Source of the DNA: Octopus vulgaris
Taxonomy: Eukaryota
DNA: 64,000 nt
Reading direction: 5' to 3'
NCBI GenBank assembly: GCA_951406725.2
Contig: OX597824.1
Location: 99,386,001-99,450,000 of the forward strand
The position numbers and the translations under genes were made by a program. A model generated the notes under the pieces. That model was not told the DNA's origin. It made no database searches and saw only the letters and a list, made by a program, of their open reading frames with translations. Below, piece after piece: positions 13,800-28,988 of this stretch. Within the stretch, counting starts at the first letter, position 1, and the number at the start of each line of letters is the position of its first letter.

Positions 13800-15650
13800 T
13801 CTGCGTATATAATCGATCAAAGCCAACTTATAAAGGTTAATGCTATTATATATTGAACTCTACGTAGTCAAATAGACTGATGAAATAGACGTAAACATTT
13901 TAATAATTTTTGCTTTTTTTTGGGGGGGGGGGGGGGTTATATTTCAGCTGTGAATAAAATGAGGTGGATGTTCCGACAGCGGCTGGCACTACCATTAATA
14001 ACAATAAAGGTTGGCATGCCTAAAACCTCTTTATTATCCGATCTCTCCTCATACAAATGGTTTTTGGGATATGAAAAGTTATCCAGTCTCCCGTCTAATA
14101 ATAAGTAGCATCGAAACATTAAGTGTTGTAGAATGTCGACAATCAGCTGCTGCCAAAATCCATGTGCTGCTGCTTGGACAGTGAATAAGAATTCGTGAAA
14201 GACGAACACACAAGAAATACAGGAGGAAATAATATTTACATCAACGATAAATTTTTGTAATTGAGAAATTAGCAAAATTCCAACACAATTTCCTCTCGTG
14301 TATCAATATAATATAAACTATAAAACAATCTGAACGAAATAATGGCGAAACGATGAAATATGCGGAGCAGGTCTTTCTGTGGATGGGAAAGAAGGATTGG
14401 CAAGGTGGCTCGAGGGCCAGCAGTTTCGTGCATACTCATCAACAAAACACAATATTTTTCTCCAAATCATTCTTATTAATAGAATTGTTTCTGACTAGAA
14501 ATTTGGAGGGGAAGGAATTAGTGGACACGAACCCCAGTATTTGATAACTACTTCTTTTTATTAACCCTGGGAAAATGAAAGGCGGGATCTCAACAGCGAA
14601 TGTAAAACCGGGAAGAAATGCCGCTAAGTATTTTGCCCGATGCGCTAATGATTCCATTTGCTCATTTGAAATGGCAGAAAAGGAAAATTATTGCAAATAT
14701 GACGAGGGAAGAACCATTAAATACACACGAACACGATGTGAGTGTGTGTTGTGGGAAATGGGAAAGTTTCGCTGATAATTTAAATTTTCGTTCAATATTC
14801 TCCATCAGCCGGCAAATGCAATGTTGTACATATTCTAGAGACATAATTTATACAGAAGAAGATATCGGTGTAGTAAAAATATTAATGGGGTGAGAGAGAC
14901 AGAGAGAAAGAGAGACATGAGGTTAACACCAACAGCCGCCATCTTGATGTAGAGCTACACACACACACACACATGAATGTAGATACTGACACAGATGTAT
15001 ATACGACGGGACTGACACAAATATAATATATACACGGCTAGAGACACACGCGTACATAACCGACATTTATGTAAGGCACGATATGTGAGCGTGTATATCT
15101 TCATCAGAACTTCAGCTTTAACACACACACACATATATATATATATGTGGTTAAGACCATAGCGGATCTTCTTCTAGCATAAGGGTTTCCACATAGTGGT
15201 TAAAAAAATTCCCCTCTTATATTTATATATAAATATTTATTCCTTCATAGAGATACATGACACACGTGCATACATTCAGACAGGCTCACTGCTATTTGCA
15301 AGACAGTAGGCTTCCATTCAATCAAATCCGATCATATATATGTCTACATGTGTGTATACATACATGCATACACACACACACACATATATATATATTATGT
15401 CTATCATCATAATGTGTGTCTGTGGCGGTATGTATATAAGAGCAAGTGCGTGCGTCTGTTCACTTAAAACTACTAAATTACTCGTCGAATTTGTTAAATT
15501 ATTCCGAACGACATAAAATGGTTTCATTTTTGCTGCTACCTACCATCATCTCCATGTGTGTGTGTGTGTGAAGACAGAGAACAAAAGCTTGGAAGAAAAC
15601 TCACGGACATTCAGCTATTAAAACGAAATTCTTTAATTAGCTTAATGACA
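13800..15650 (-). promoter_or_regulatory. CpG-retaining intronic segment with YY1-type motif (CAAGATGGCGGC, minus strand, about 14936-14947); candidate internal promoter
   Basis: Visibly more CpG than 1-13.8 kb, GCCGCCATCTTG next to GA/CA repeats, and mostly non-repetitive sequence. The function is inferred. Confidence 0.35.
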
Positions 15651-15689
15651 AAAAGAAATATATCAAATGTCTAGAACTGTACAATGTTT

Positions 15690-15953
15690 GTGTATCAATA
15701 TATATATATTTATATATATATATATATAAGCATTAACCATATATATATGCATGTATGTACACATTTATACATATATATGTACATATATATACATGTATAC
15801 GTACATATATATACATGTATACGTACATATATATACATGTATACGTACATATATATATATATATATATATACACCTATGCATATATATATACATGTATGC
15901 ATATATACATGTATACACATACGTATATATATACATGTATACATACACGTGTA

Positions 15954-16005
<52 letters not shown>

Positions 16006-16488
16006 ACATACATGTTCATATACACACACATACCGATACATGTTTTTATATATATGCAGTTATACATATAAATGTGTATATATATATATATATATGAATG
16101 GATACGTAAGTGTATATGTATGCATATGTATATATATATGCATATATATATATATGTATATATATATATGCATGCATATGTATATATATATACATGCATA
16201 TGTATATATATATATACATGTATACAAATATACATATATATACATGCATATGTATATATATATATACATGTATACAAATATACATATATATACATGTACA
16301 CATATATATATATATATACATAAATATAAAAATACATATAAACATAGACATGTATACATATATATATATATTGTACATATATACACACATATATACATGC
16401 ATATACACATATGTACATATATACATGCATATACACATAAGTGCATATATATACATGCATATATATACATACATATACACATATATAT
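15690..16488. repeat. Compound (TA)n/(TACA)n/(CATG) microsatellite
   Basis: Read directly. Confidence 0.95.
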
Positions 16489-16563
16489 ATTAGACAAAAA
16501 TAGGTAACAAAGTCAAGGCTGTGAGGAGTTTTCAGGACATTTATAAGGAAAGAGAGAAATATA

Positions 16564-16611
16564 GTCTAACAACTGTTTCTGGGATATTATGAATATCCCT
16601 TCATCAGAGAT
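16564..16611 (-). ncRNA. Minimal type I hammerhead ribozyme motif (PLE type)
   Basis: Minus strand reads atct CUGAUGA a GGGAUAUU-cau-AAUAUCCC a GAAA CAGUUG UU agac. It has the conserved core, a perfect 8-bp stem II and a short stem I. Confidence 0.65.
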
Positions 16612-16894
16612 GATGTCAGATGGTTAAATAGAGTTAAATGTTCGAGTTAGAAATACGGAATTATTGTGGGAATGGAGGAGACAGGGAATATGGAGGGAAA
16701 TAAGAGAATGAAACTACAAGTGTAATATAACACATTAGTTTTTTATATATATATATATATAGTTGCAGTTCCATGTTTTATATTTTACATATTTCACTTG
16801 CACTTTCATTTTCTTATTTCCCTGTCTCCTCCTTTGACACAATAATTCCTTATTTCGAACTCAAACATTTACCATTGTTTAACCATCTCACATC

Positions 16895-16942
16895 GTCTCT
16901 GATGAAGGAATATCCATCCTATCCCAGAAACAGCTGTAAGAC
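16895..16942 (+). ncRNA. Minimal type I hammerhead ribozyme motif (PLE type)
   Basis: Reads GUCU CUGAUGA aggaauauccauccuauccca GAAA CAGCUG UA AGAC. Stem I is GUCU/AGAC, stem III is the palindromic CAGCUG, and the cleavage triplet is GUA. Confidence 0.7.
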
Positions 16943-17054
16943 TATATATCACTTTCCTTATAAATGTCCTGAAAACACCTCAGACTTGGCTTTCTTATCT
17001 CTTTTTGTCTAATGTATATATATATACATGTGTGTGTGTGTGTATACAAATATA

Positions 17055-17378
17055 ATGACAGCATTGCTTGACTGGCATCCATGCTAGTGGAGCGCTAAGA
17101 GCACCATCTGAGCATGATCGTTGCCAGGACCGCTGAATGGCTTCCGTGCCAGTGGCATGTAAAAAGCACCAACTGATCGTGGTCATTGCCAGCCTCACCT
17201 GGCTCGTAAAAAGCACCCACTACACTCTCAGAGTGGTTGGCGTTAGGAAGGGCATCCAGCTGTAGAAACACTGCCAGATCAGATTGGAGCCTGGTGCAAC
17301 CTCCTGGCTTCCCAGACCCTTGTCGAACCGTCCAACCCATGCTAGCATGGAAAACGGACGTTAAACGATGATGATGAT
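17055..17378 (+). mobile_element. RTE 3' UTR fragment with (GAT)n tail
   Basis: AAAGCACCCACTACACTCTCAGAGTGGTTGGCGTTAGGAAGGGCATCCAGCTGTAGAAAC..GGAAAACGGACGTTAAACGATGATGAT. Confidence 0.85.
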
Positions 17379-17904
17379 ATATATATATATATACACACAC
17401 ATACATGACTATATATAGATACACATACATAAATGTATACGTACATACCCATACATACACATTCATATACATACATACATATATAAATGTATATACACAT
17501 ATACATATATAAATGTATATACATACACAAATGTATATACACATATATAAACGTATATACATATAAACATACATATATAAATGTATATAAACATACATAT
17601 ATGAATATATATACAATATATATATATATATATATATACACATGTAATTATATATTTACACATTTATACATATATATAAATGCATATATACACAAATATA
17701 TATATATACATAGATACATATATAAATGTATACATATGCATATAGAAATGTATACATATACACATGTACATAAACATATTTAAATGTATATCTATACACA
17801 CATACATACATGAATGTGTGTATATACATATACACACATACTTACGTAAGTGTGTATGAGTGTGTGTATATATGCACATACATACATGCATGCATACAAA
17901 CATA
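17379..17904. repeat. Degenerate TA/TACA microsatellite
   Basis: Read directly. Confidence 0.9.
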
Positions 17905-18902
17905 CATCATCAGTGTCGTCTAATGTCCACTTTCCATGCTGGCATGGGTTGGACGGTTTGACTGAGGGCCTGCAAGCCAGAAGGCTGAACCAGGCTCCAA
18001 TCTAATCTGGCAAAATTTCTTCAGCTTGATGCCCTTCCTAATGCCAATGACCCAGAGAGTAGTGAGTACCACTCTTAAATGGTGCTTTTTACATGCCACC
18101 AGCACCAGAGCCTGTAAGGCGGCACTGGCAACGACCACACTGAGTTCCACTGGCACAGGGCCAGTCAACCAGCCCTAGCATTGAACATGCTCAGATGGTC
18201 TTTTTCCATGCCACCAGCACAGGTGCCAATCAAGCAGTACTGTCATCAGCCACAACAATGACTTCACTTGACTCAACAGGTCTTCACAAGCACAGTTTAT
18301 TGCCTAATGATTGAAGTGTACTCTTAAATGGGCCGGTGATGCAGCACTGGCACAGTCCACTTGGCTTGCCGGGTCTTCACAGTATATCTTCAAAGGTCTC
18401 AGTCACTTGTCATCGCCTCCGTGAGGCCCAATGTTTCAAGATTGTGCTTCAACACTTCATCCCAAGTTTCCTGGGTCTACCTCTTCCACAGGTTCCCACT
18501 ACTTCTTGGGTGTGATACTTTTTCACACAACTGTCCTTATCCATAAGCAGCACATCACAATACCCGCACAGTCGTCACTCATGCACACCCCATCTGATGC
18601 TTCTTATGCCCAATTTTTCTCTCAGGGCACTTCCACATTCAATGGAGCATACTAGCTTCACTACTAACATGCTTACACATGTCATCAGCAGTTATGGCCC
18701 ATGTTTCACTGCCATGTAGCATGGCTGTTCACACACGTACACATAAGTGGGCTCATTACACCCCTGCCATAGGCCATGAAGTTATGGTCTCACTTGGCTT
18801 GCCGGGTCTTCTCAAGCACAGCATATTTCCAAAAGTCTTGGTCACTGGTCATTGCCTCGGTGAAGCCAAATGTCCAAAGGTCGTGCTTCACCTCTTCATC
18901 CC
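17905..18902 (-). mobile_element. Decayed RTE 3' fragments (two adjacent pieces)
   Basis: RTE tail motifs plus C-terminal remnants (DEEVKHDLWTFGFTEAMTSDQDFWKYAVLEKTRQAK). Confidence 0.8.
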
Positions 18903-18996
18903 TACATGCATATATATATGTATACATACATATATACATCATATATATATATACATAATATACATCATATATATATATATACATAATATACGTCAG

Positions 18997-19035
<39 letters not shown>

Positions 19036-19141
19036 AAATATACATCATACATATATATACATAATATATACATATATGCATACATAATAAATATATATAC
19101 ATATGTAATATATATACGATGGTGATGATGATGACATACTT

Positions 19142-19182
<41 letters not shown>

Positions 19183-19184
<2 letters not shown>

Positions 19185-19349
19185 CCATAGGAGTGACTTG
19201 TGCTAAGTAGCTTCCTTACCAACAACATGGTTCTGGGTTCAGTCCCACTGTGTGGCACCTTCGGCAAATATCTTTACTATAGCCTTGGGCCAACCGAAGC
19301 CCCGTGAGTAGACTTGGTAGACGGAAACTGAAAGTAGCCTGTTGAATAA

Positions 19350-19381
<32 letters not shown>

Positions 19382-19485
19382 GAAAATGTATATGTTTGTA
19401 TGTTTGTCACCCCCAACATTGCTTGACAACTAATGCTAGTGTCTCTATGACCCGTCATTTAGGAGTTCGGCAAGAAGGACCGATA
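19183..19485 (+). mobile_element. tRNA-headed SINE, 3' part lost into microsatellite
   Basis: A-box-like start, GGTTCAGTCCC B box, GGCACCTTCGGCAA, GGTAGACGGAAACTGAAAG, internal (GT)/(AT) repeat and body TTTGTCACCCCCAACATTGCTTGACAAC. Confidence 0.75.
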
Positions 19486-20758
<1,273 letters not shown>

Positions 20759-22835
20759 ACTTATGAGGCGAAGAGCTAAGCTCTCGAAGCAACTGAATGC
20801 ACGGCAGAGAAACAATGAGGGACTCCACCTGAAACTTTTTGAAACGGAAACTGCACTCAAACTTTCCTATGAGAAGGAGAGGGCAGAGAGAGAAGCCAGG
20901 GCCATAGAGAATATTAAAACAAACCCTAAAGCTTTCTTTAAATTTGCGAAAGAAACCACCTCGGTACACTGCAAGATTGGCCCACTCTTTGATAAAAAGG
21001 GCTCTCTAACTGAGGACCCCCAAGGGATAAGTGAAATACTAAAGGAACAGTATAAAAGTGTGTTCACATCCCCTCTGGGGCACATGCAAATCACAAACCC
21101 AGAAGTTTTCTTTGATGCCACAACACTCCAAAACCAAACAACAACCATCGACCACATAGACATAACAGAGAGGGATGTAATATCTGCCATAGAAGAAATG
21201 AGAATAAACTCAGCTGCTGGACCAGATGGATTCCCAGCAGTCCTCCTAAAAACATGCAGGCATGCCCTAGCGGGACCACTGAAGAAGCTCTTCAGTGGTT
21301 CCTTGGCTAACGGTAAACTGCCCAGGGCACTAAAAGAAGGCACCATATGCCCTATCCACAAAGGAGGGAGTAGAGCAGAGGCCAAAAACTACAGGCCAGT
21401 CTCCCTGACGTCACACATAAGTAAGGTCATGGAACGAATCATCAGAAAAAAACTGATCACGTTCCTCGAAGAAACTAACCGTCTCACTGACACACAGGAA
21501 GAAGCTGCCTTACGCAGCTGTTACAACACTACGACTGGGTACTGAAACAACTACTGGATCGCTCACAGGTGGATGTGGTATATCTCGACTTTGCGAAGGC
21601 CTTTGATAAAGTCGACTACGGAGTGATATGTCACAAATTACTCAGACTTGGCATAACAGGAAAAGTAGGTGAGTGGATACATGACTTCCTGAAGGACAGA
21701 AGCCAGATGGTTGCAGCCAATGGAGCCCTCTCGGGAAAGACACCAATAGCAAGCGGGGTGCCACAGAGCACAGTCTTGGGACCCTTGCTGTTTTTGGTGG
21801 CGCTCTCTGACATGCCCTTGGTAGCACAAACAACATCCCTCACTAGCTATGCTGATGACACAAAGGTAGCACAGGCAATCAAAAACCCAGCTGATGCTGA
21901 CCTTTTACAACAAGATCTGGATGCCATATACAAATGGGCTGAAGACAACAACATGCAATTTAATGCTGGTAAATTTCAAGCCTTACAATATCAAGCTGTA
22001 AACACATATACATTACAACACAACTATACTGGTCCAGGAGGGATCGAAATCCCAGTATCGAAATCAATACGGGACCTGGGGATAGACATGAGTGACGATG
22101 CATCTTTTTCTTCACACATCGCGAAGGTGGCGACAATGTGCAAACGACTCACTGGCTGGATCCTGAGGACATTCCGGACAAGAGACTGCGAGACCATGTT
22201 GACACTATGGAGGACATTTGTCCTAAGCCGCCTGGACTACTGCTCCCAACTGTGGTCACCGCATAGTGTCAAACTAACCACAGAGCTTGAGACAATCCAA
22301 AGACATTTCACCAAGAGGATTTCCACCATGAAAGAAAAGAACTATTGGGAGAGGCTTAGGGAACTCAATTTGTACTCCTTGGAACGAAGACGAGAGAGAT
22401 ATGCAGTGATATACATATGGAAAATCCTGGAGGGACTAGCACCAAATTTTGGAATTGAGAGCTGTTCCAATCCCCGTACAGGACGTCACTGTGTGGTGCC
22501 AAAGGTCCCGTCTTCCACATCCAGGGTAAGGAGCAGATACTGTAATAGCCTGGGGTTCAGGGGCCCTCAGCTGTTCAACAAACTGCCAAGAAAACTAAGA
22601 GATCTACATGATGCGGATGTGGACGTTTTCAAAAAACATCTAGACAAGCTGCTTTCCGGGATCCCAGATGAACCCACTGCAAGGTACAAAGGTAACCTAA
22701 GGGCAGCAGCTACAAACTCTCTCTTAGATCAGTGGCCAGCCACAGCAAACTGGACTTAGAGAGGGTAGCAACAAGGGCGGTGCCCCAGCATGGCCTCAGC
22801 CGGATGGCTGAAACAAGTAAAAGAGTAAAAGAGTA
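20759..22835 (+). mobile_element. 5'-truncated CR1-like LINE (ORF2 RT region, frameshifted near 21498), tail (GTAAAAGA)n
   Basis: Motifs [69 protein letters not shown] small deletion removes QHGFR. 3' end carries the GGCGGTGCCCCAGCATGGCC motif. Confidence 0.92.
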
Positions 22836-22840
22836 CATAT

Positions 22841-22873
<33 letters not shown>

Positions 22874-22906
22874 TATGTACATATATATATACATACATAT
22901 ACATTC

Positions 22907-22951
<45 letters not shown>

Positions 22952-23080
22952 CATATATATATATACATACATATATATATATACATACATATATATATAC
23001 ATACATACATACATATATACATACATATATACATACATACATACATACATAAATACATACATATATATATACATACATAA

Positions 23081-23111
<31 letters not shown>

Positions 23112-23723
23112 CATACATAAATACATATATATATATACATATACATACATATACATAAATACATATACATACATATACATAAATACATATACATACATAT
23201 ACATAAATACATATACATACATATACATAAATACATATACATACATATACATAAATACATATATATATATATACATATACATAAATATATATATATATAC
23301 ATACATATACATAAATACATATATATATATACATACATATATATATATATAATATATATATACATATATATATATATATACACATATATATATATACATA
23401 CATATATATAAATACATAATATATATACATACATATATATATATACATACATATATATATATACATACATATATATATATATATATACATACATATATAT
23501 ATATACATACATATATATATACATACATATATATATACATACATATATATATACATACATATATATATATACATATATATACATATATACATATATATAC
23601 ATATATACATATATATACATATATATACATACATATATATATATACATATATACATATAAACACATAGATAAACATATATACATATATATACACATACAT
23701 ATATACACATATATATACATACA
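22836..23723. repeat. (TACA)/(TA) microsatellite with ~24-bp higher-order unit near 23140-23260
   Basis: Read directly. Confidence 0.95.
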
Positions 23724-23885
23724 TCATTATCATCGTTCAATGTCTGCTTTCCATGCTAGCATGGGTTGGACAGTTCAACTAGGGTCTGGGAAGCCAGAAG
23801 GCTGCGCCAGGCCCAGTCTGATCAGGCAGTGTTTCTACAGCTGGATGCCCTTCCTAACGCCAACCACTCCTCGAGTGTAGTGGGT
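23724..23885 (-). mobile_element. RTE 3' tail fragment
   Basis: TCCATGCTAGCATGGGTTGGAC..CTGGATGCCCTTCCTAACGCCAACCAC. Confidence 0.8.
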
Positions 23886-23888
23886 ATA

Positions 23889-24262
23889 TCTCTCTCTATA
23901 TAAACGGCAGTTTGTCTGTGCGTGTTTCTGTGTGTCTGTTTGCTTGTACCCTCACCCTGACCACGGCTTTCAACCGATTCTGATGAAACTTGACACACAC
24001 ATAGCCCAATGTCATAATTCAAAACTAACGCAGCGAAAATTTTGAAAAGTTACCCCAGTTCTGAAAAAAATCGATAAATTCGACATGGGGTCGAGAATCA
24101 GAAACACAAACCGCAAACTGTCTAGGGGACGCAACTCCACCTTTTTTTACTCTCAAAAAAAATTTACCATCATTTTTTTCCATTTTTTTGGCTATAACTC
24201 TCTAAAAATGCTTTATAGTTATTTCCCTTACAAACCTGAGCAACGCCGGGTGATACTGCTAG
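23889..24262 (+). mobile_element. Non-autonomous Helitron (374 bp)
   Basis: Inserted between A and T with no TSD. 5' end is TC(TCTCTCTATATAAA), followed by a GTCTGT-type repeat; subterminal hairpin CCTGAGCAACGCCGGG; 3' end CTAG. Confidence 0.8.
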
Positions 24263-24267
24263 TATAC

Positions 24268-24330
<63 letters not shown>

Positions 24331-24341
24331 TATATATATAT

Positions 24342-24958
24342 CATTATCATCATCATCGTTTAACGTCCGTTCTCCATGCTAGCATGGGTTGGACGGTTCG
24401 ATCGGGGATCTTGGGGAAGCCAGAAGGCTGCACCAGGCTCCAGTCTGATCTGGCAGTGTTTCTACAGCTGGATGCCCTTCATAACGCCAACCACTCCGTG
24501 AGTGTAGTGGGTGCTTTTTACGTGCCACCTGCACAGGTGCCAGGCGAGGCTGGCAACAGCCACGATCGGATTGGTGCTTTTTACGTGCCACCGACACGGA
24601 AGCCAGTTGAAGCGACACTGGCATCGGCCACGATTCGGATAGCGCTTTTTACGTGCCACCGGCACAGAAGCCAGTCTAGGCGGCACTGGCATCGGCCACC
24701 TTAAGATGGTGCTGTTTACGTGCCACCAGCTCAGGGATCACAACTGCAGTTTCCATTGATTTTGATGATGGTGTACTTGACTCAATGGATCTCCTCAAGC
24801 ACAGGGTCGAAATGGTGTTTCTTCACTTGCCACCTGCACAGGAGTCAGTCCAGCGGTCCTGGCAACTGTCGGGTGCCAGTCATAGGATTGGTTCAATTTC
24901 GATTCCGATTTCACTTGCCCCAATAGGTCTTCGCAAGCAGAGTTTAGTGTCCAATGAA
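24342..24958 (-). mobile_element. RTE 3' UTR with several ~60-bp tandem units
   Basis: Starts with (CAT)n and contains the RTE tail core and repeated GTGCTTTTTACGTGCCACC units; CpGs largely retained. Confidence 0.85.
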
Positions 24959-24993
24959 CTCTGTATATATATGTATATATATATACATATATA

Positions 24994-26622
24994 CAGTTGC
25001 GGCCAAAATGTTCAGAACGGCATTGTTTTCGTCAGAAAAGTAGGTATAAGTTTTTATCAAAGTAGCTTTATATTCTATAATTTTCACAGACAATAAATAC
25101 AATATTAATTGTTATTGTCTGAGATTTTGGTGTAATTTGAGAGGATAATACAAAAGTTATGGATGATTTAGTGATTTACTGCAAAACCCATGGCAGCCAA
25201 AATGATCAGAACGGTTGAAAAAATAACAAAATAATCAAAAATGACAGAGAATACTGGAATTATTTAATATTTAGTGTGAAGCCCTTTAGCTTCAATCACA
25301 CTCTGACATCTTTGACTGCATGAGGAAATTAAATTTTCAATTTCTTGCTAGGTGATCTTATTCCATTCTTCCTGAAGGGCATTCCATAATTGCTCAGTTG
25401 TTTTAGGATTTCTGGCTTTCAAACATTCTCCTAGAATATTCCACACATTTTCAATAGGATTGAGATCTGGGCTTTGAGTAGGCCAATTAATAACAATAAC
25501 CTTTTCAGCCTTGAGGAAGTTCATGACCACTTTAGCCTTGTGACATGGGGCATTGTTCTGCATGAATATGGGTGGTCGCTTAGTTGAATTTCTCACCACA
25601 GGCAAGACAGGATCTTTTACAAGTTGTTTATAAACTCCTGCATTTACATTTCCATGTAATCACACAAAAGGGCCCACACCATCTCCAGATATCATTCCCC
25701 AAACCATGACACTTCCTCCACCGAATTTAACACTAGTCTTAAGGCATTTAGGCAACAATTTTTCACCTACTTTTCGATGGACATACCTTTTCCCATCTGA
25801 GCCAAATAGCATAAACTTAGATTCATCACTGAAATGCACCGTTTGCCATTTTTCTTGAGACCACAACACATGTTCGGTTGCAAAGGTAAGACGACACTTT
25901 TTATTCTTGGAGCTGATCAGTGGCTTTACTGCAGGTGCTCTTGCTTGTAGGTCATGTTCAACTAAACGACGAGAGACAGTTTTTCGAGATAAAGTTTTCT
26001 TCAGTACAATGCTCATTTTCCGAGAAACAGCAGCAGCAGTTTTAAATCTGTCCTTTTTAACCAACTTTACCATAGCACGATCTTCTCTCTTGGTCGTTTT
26101 TCTTGGCCTACCTGTAAACTTTCTTGCTTCACAGGAACCACAATCATCGTAGAGCTTAAGAATACCGTGTACAACACTTTTTGACTTGTTAACAATCTTT
26201 GCAATAGATCCAATACTTAAATTATCCTTCCTTCAAAGCTTAATAATCTGCTGACGAATTGGTAACGGAGTAAGTGGCATTATATTAACAAAGTACACTG
26301 CAAATATTCTTACTAATATTTAGTAAACGAACCGTCATGTAAACAAATTCAAAACATTAGAGTTCGCCGGTTAAATATACTAAAACATGGAGTAAAAGCA
26401 ACCGTTCTGATCATTTTGGCCGCCATGGGGTTTGCAGTAAATCACTAAATCATCCATAACTTTTGTATTATCCTCTCAAATTACACCAAAATCTCAGGCA
26501 ATAACAAATAATATCGTATTTATTGTCTGTGAAAATTATAGAATATAAAACAACTTTGATAAAAAATTATATCTACTTTTCTGACGAAAATAATGCCGTC
26601 CTGAGCATTTTGGCCGCAACTG
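24994..26622 (-). mobile_element. Complete Tc1/mariner (IR/DR type) DNA transposon, 1629 bp, inactive
   Basis: TA on both sides. ~222-bp TIRs (24994-25215 and 26401-26622) begin CAGTTGCGGCCAAAATG, and each contains outer and inner direct repeats GC(G/A)GCCAAAATG(T/A)TCAGAACGG. Confidence 0.93.
25264..26280 (-). pseudogene. Tc1-family DD34E-type transposase pseudogene
   Basis: Contains GRPRKTT, FSDESKF, KFGGGSVMVWG, FMQNNAPCH (second catalytic D changed to N) and SPDLNPIENVW. Stops lie near 26236, 25660 and 25348. Confidence 0.9.
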
Positions 26623-28430
<1,808 letters not shown>

Positions 28431-28988
28431 GTGAACCCAGGTACGGATGCTCCTACCGGCTCCAAAAGCCGTGGACATGGAGATGAAGAGGCCAAAAAAA
28501 GAGGAAAAACTGAAGCTAAAACTCAGACAAAGCCAAGGGACAAAGCAGCCAGGGACAGAGGCAAACCTAACGGTCCATATGCCAAAAAGGATGGAAACAA
28601 GCAGCGCACACGGGTATGTAGGTTCTACCTGAAAGGTGCCTGCCGGCATGGAGAGGAAGGTGCAGGCTGCCGCTTTGCACATCCGGGACCCTGCCACAGA
28701 AACCAACCACCGAAAGGAAATGGGATGGACCACGCATCACCGGCCCCAAAACGGAGGTACGCAGATGTGGTGCGTACCACAAACCACCAACGTGTTGTTG
28801 AAAGGGCAGCTGCTGAGCAGGAATCTTTTTTGTGCATGGCACAAAAGATTGTACAGCAGCTAACCTGGCTCCATCAGGCTCAGGCTCGCAGATGGAACTG
28901 CCCACAGTTCACAAGACCGCCACAGCAGATGGACCCAGGGTGGACAACGCCGGCAACAGCATACACCTCACCTCGATGCTCCTACTGA
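28431..28988 (+). CDS. LINE ORF1 C-terminal part with CCCH zinc finger ([22 protein letters not shown])
   Basis: Basic region followed by C-x7-C-x8-C-x3-H. The frame opens directly at the microsatellite junction (probably 5'-truncated) and its stop overlaps the start of ORF2. Confidence 0.7.
   Translation: MNPGTDAPTGSKSRGHGDEEAKKRGKTEAKTQTKPRDKAARDRGKPNGPYAKKDGNKQRTRVCRFYLKGACRHGEEGAGCRFAHPGPCHRNQPPKGNGMDHASPAPKRRYADVVRTTNHQRVVERAAAEQESFLCMAQKIVQQLTWLHQAQARRWNCPQFTRPPQQMDPGWTTPATAYTSPRCSY

Larger units (their letters stand above)
16489..17013. mobile_element. Inverted pair of ~240-bp Penelope-like (PLE) pseudo-LTR fragments
   Basis: 16489-16737 is the diverged reverse complement of 16773-17013. 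Both arms share ATTAGACAAAAA..TTTTCAGGACATTTATAAGGAAAG..CTTCATCAGAGA..GGAGGAGACAGGGAAATA, each carries a hammerhead core, and both outer ends abut TA repeats. Confidence 0.7.

Noticed and set aside
13876-13900. Other CTGATGA occurrences (also near 15100, 23980, 61484) as hammerhead or C/D snoRNA candidates
   Set aside because: No stem II followed by GAAA and a closing stem, and no convincing C/D box pairing.
19183-19260. tRNA-like sequence
   Set aside because: Only A/B-box remnants with no cloverleaf; it continues into a SINE body.
24500-24760. Regularly spaced repeats resembling a CRISPR array (also 5130-5460, 36460-36720)
   Set aside because: The whole unit is repeated with no unique spacers, it lies within RTE 3' UTRs, the context is eukaryotic and there are no cas genes.
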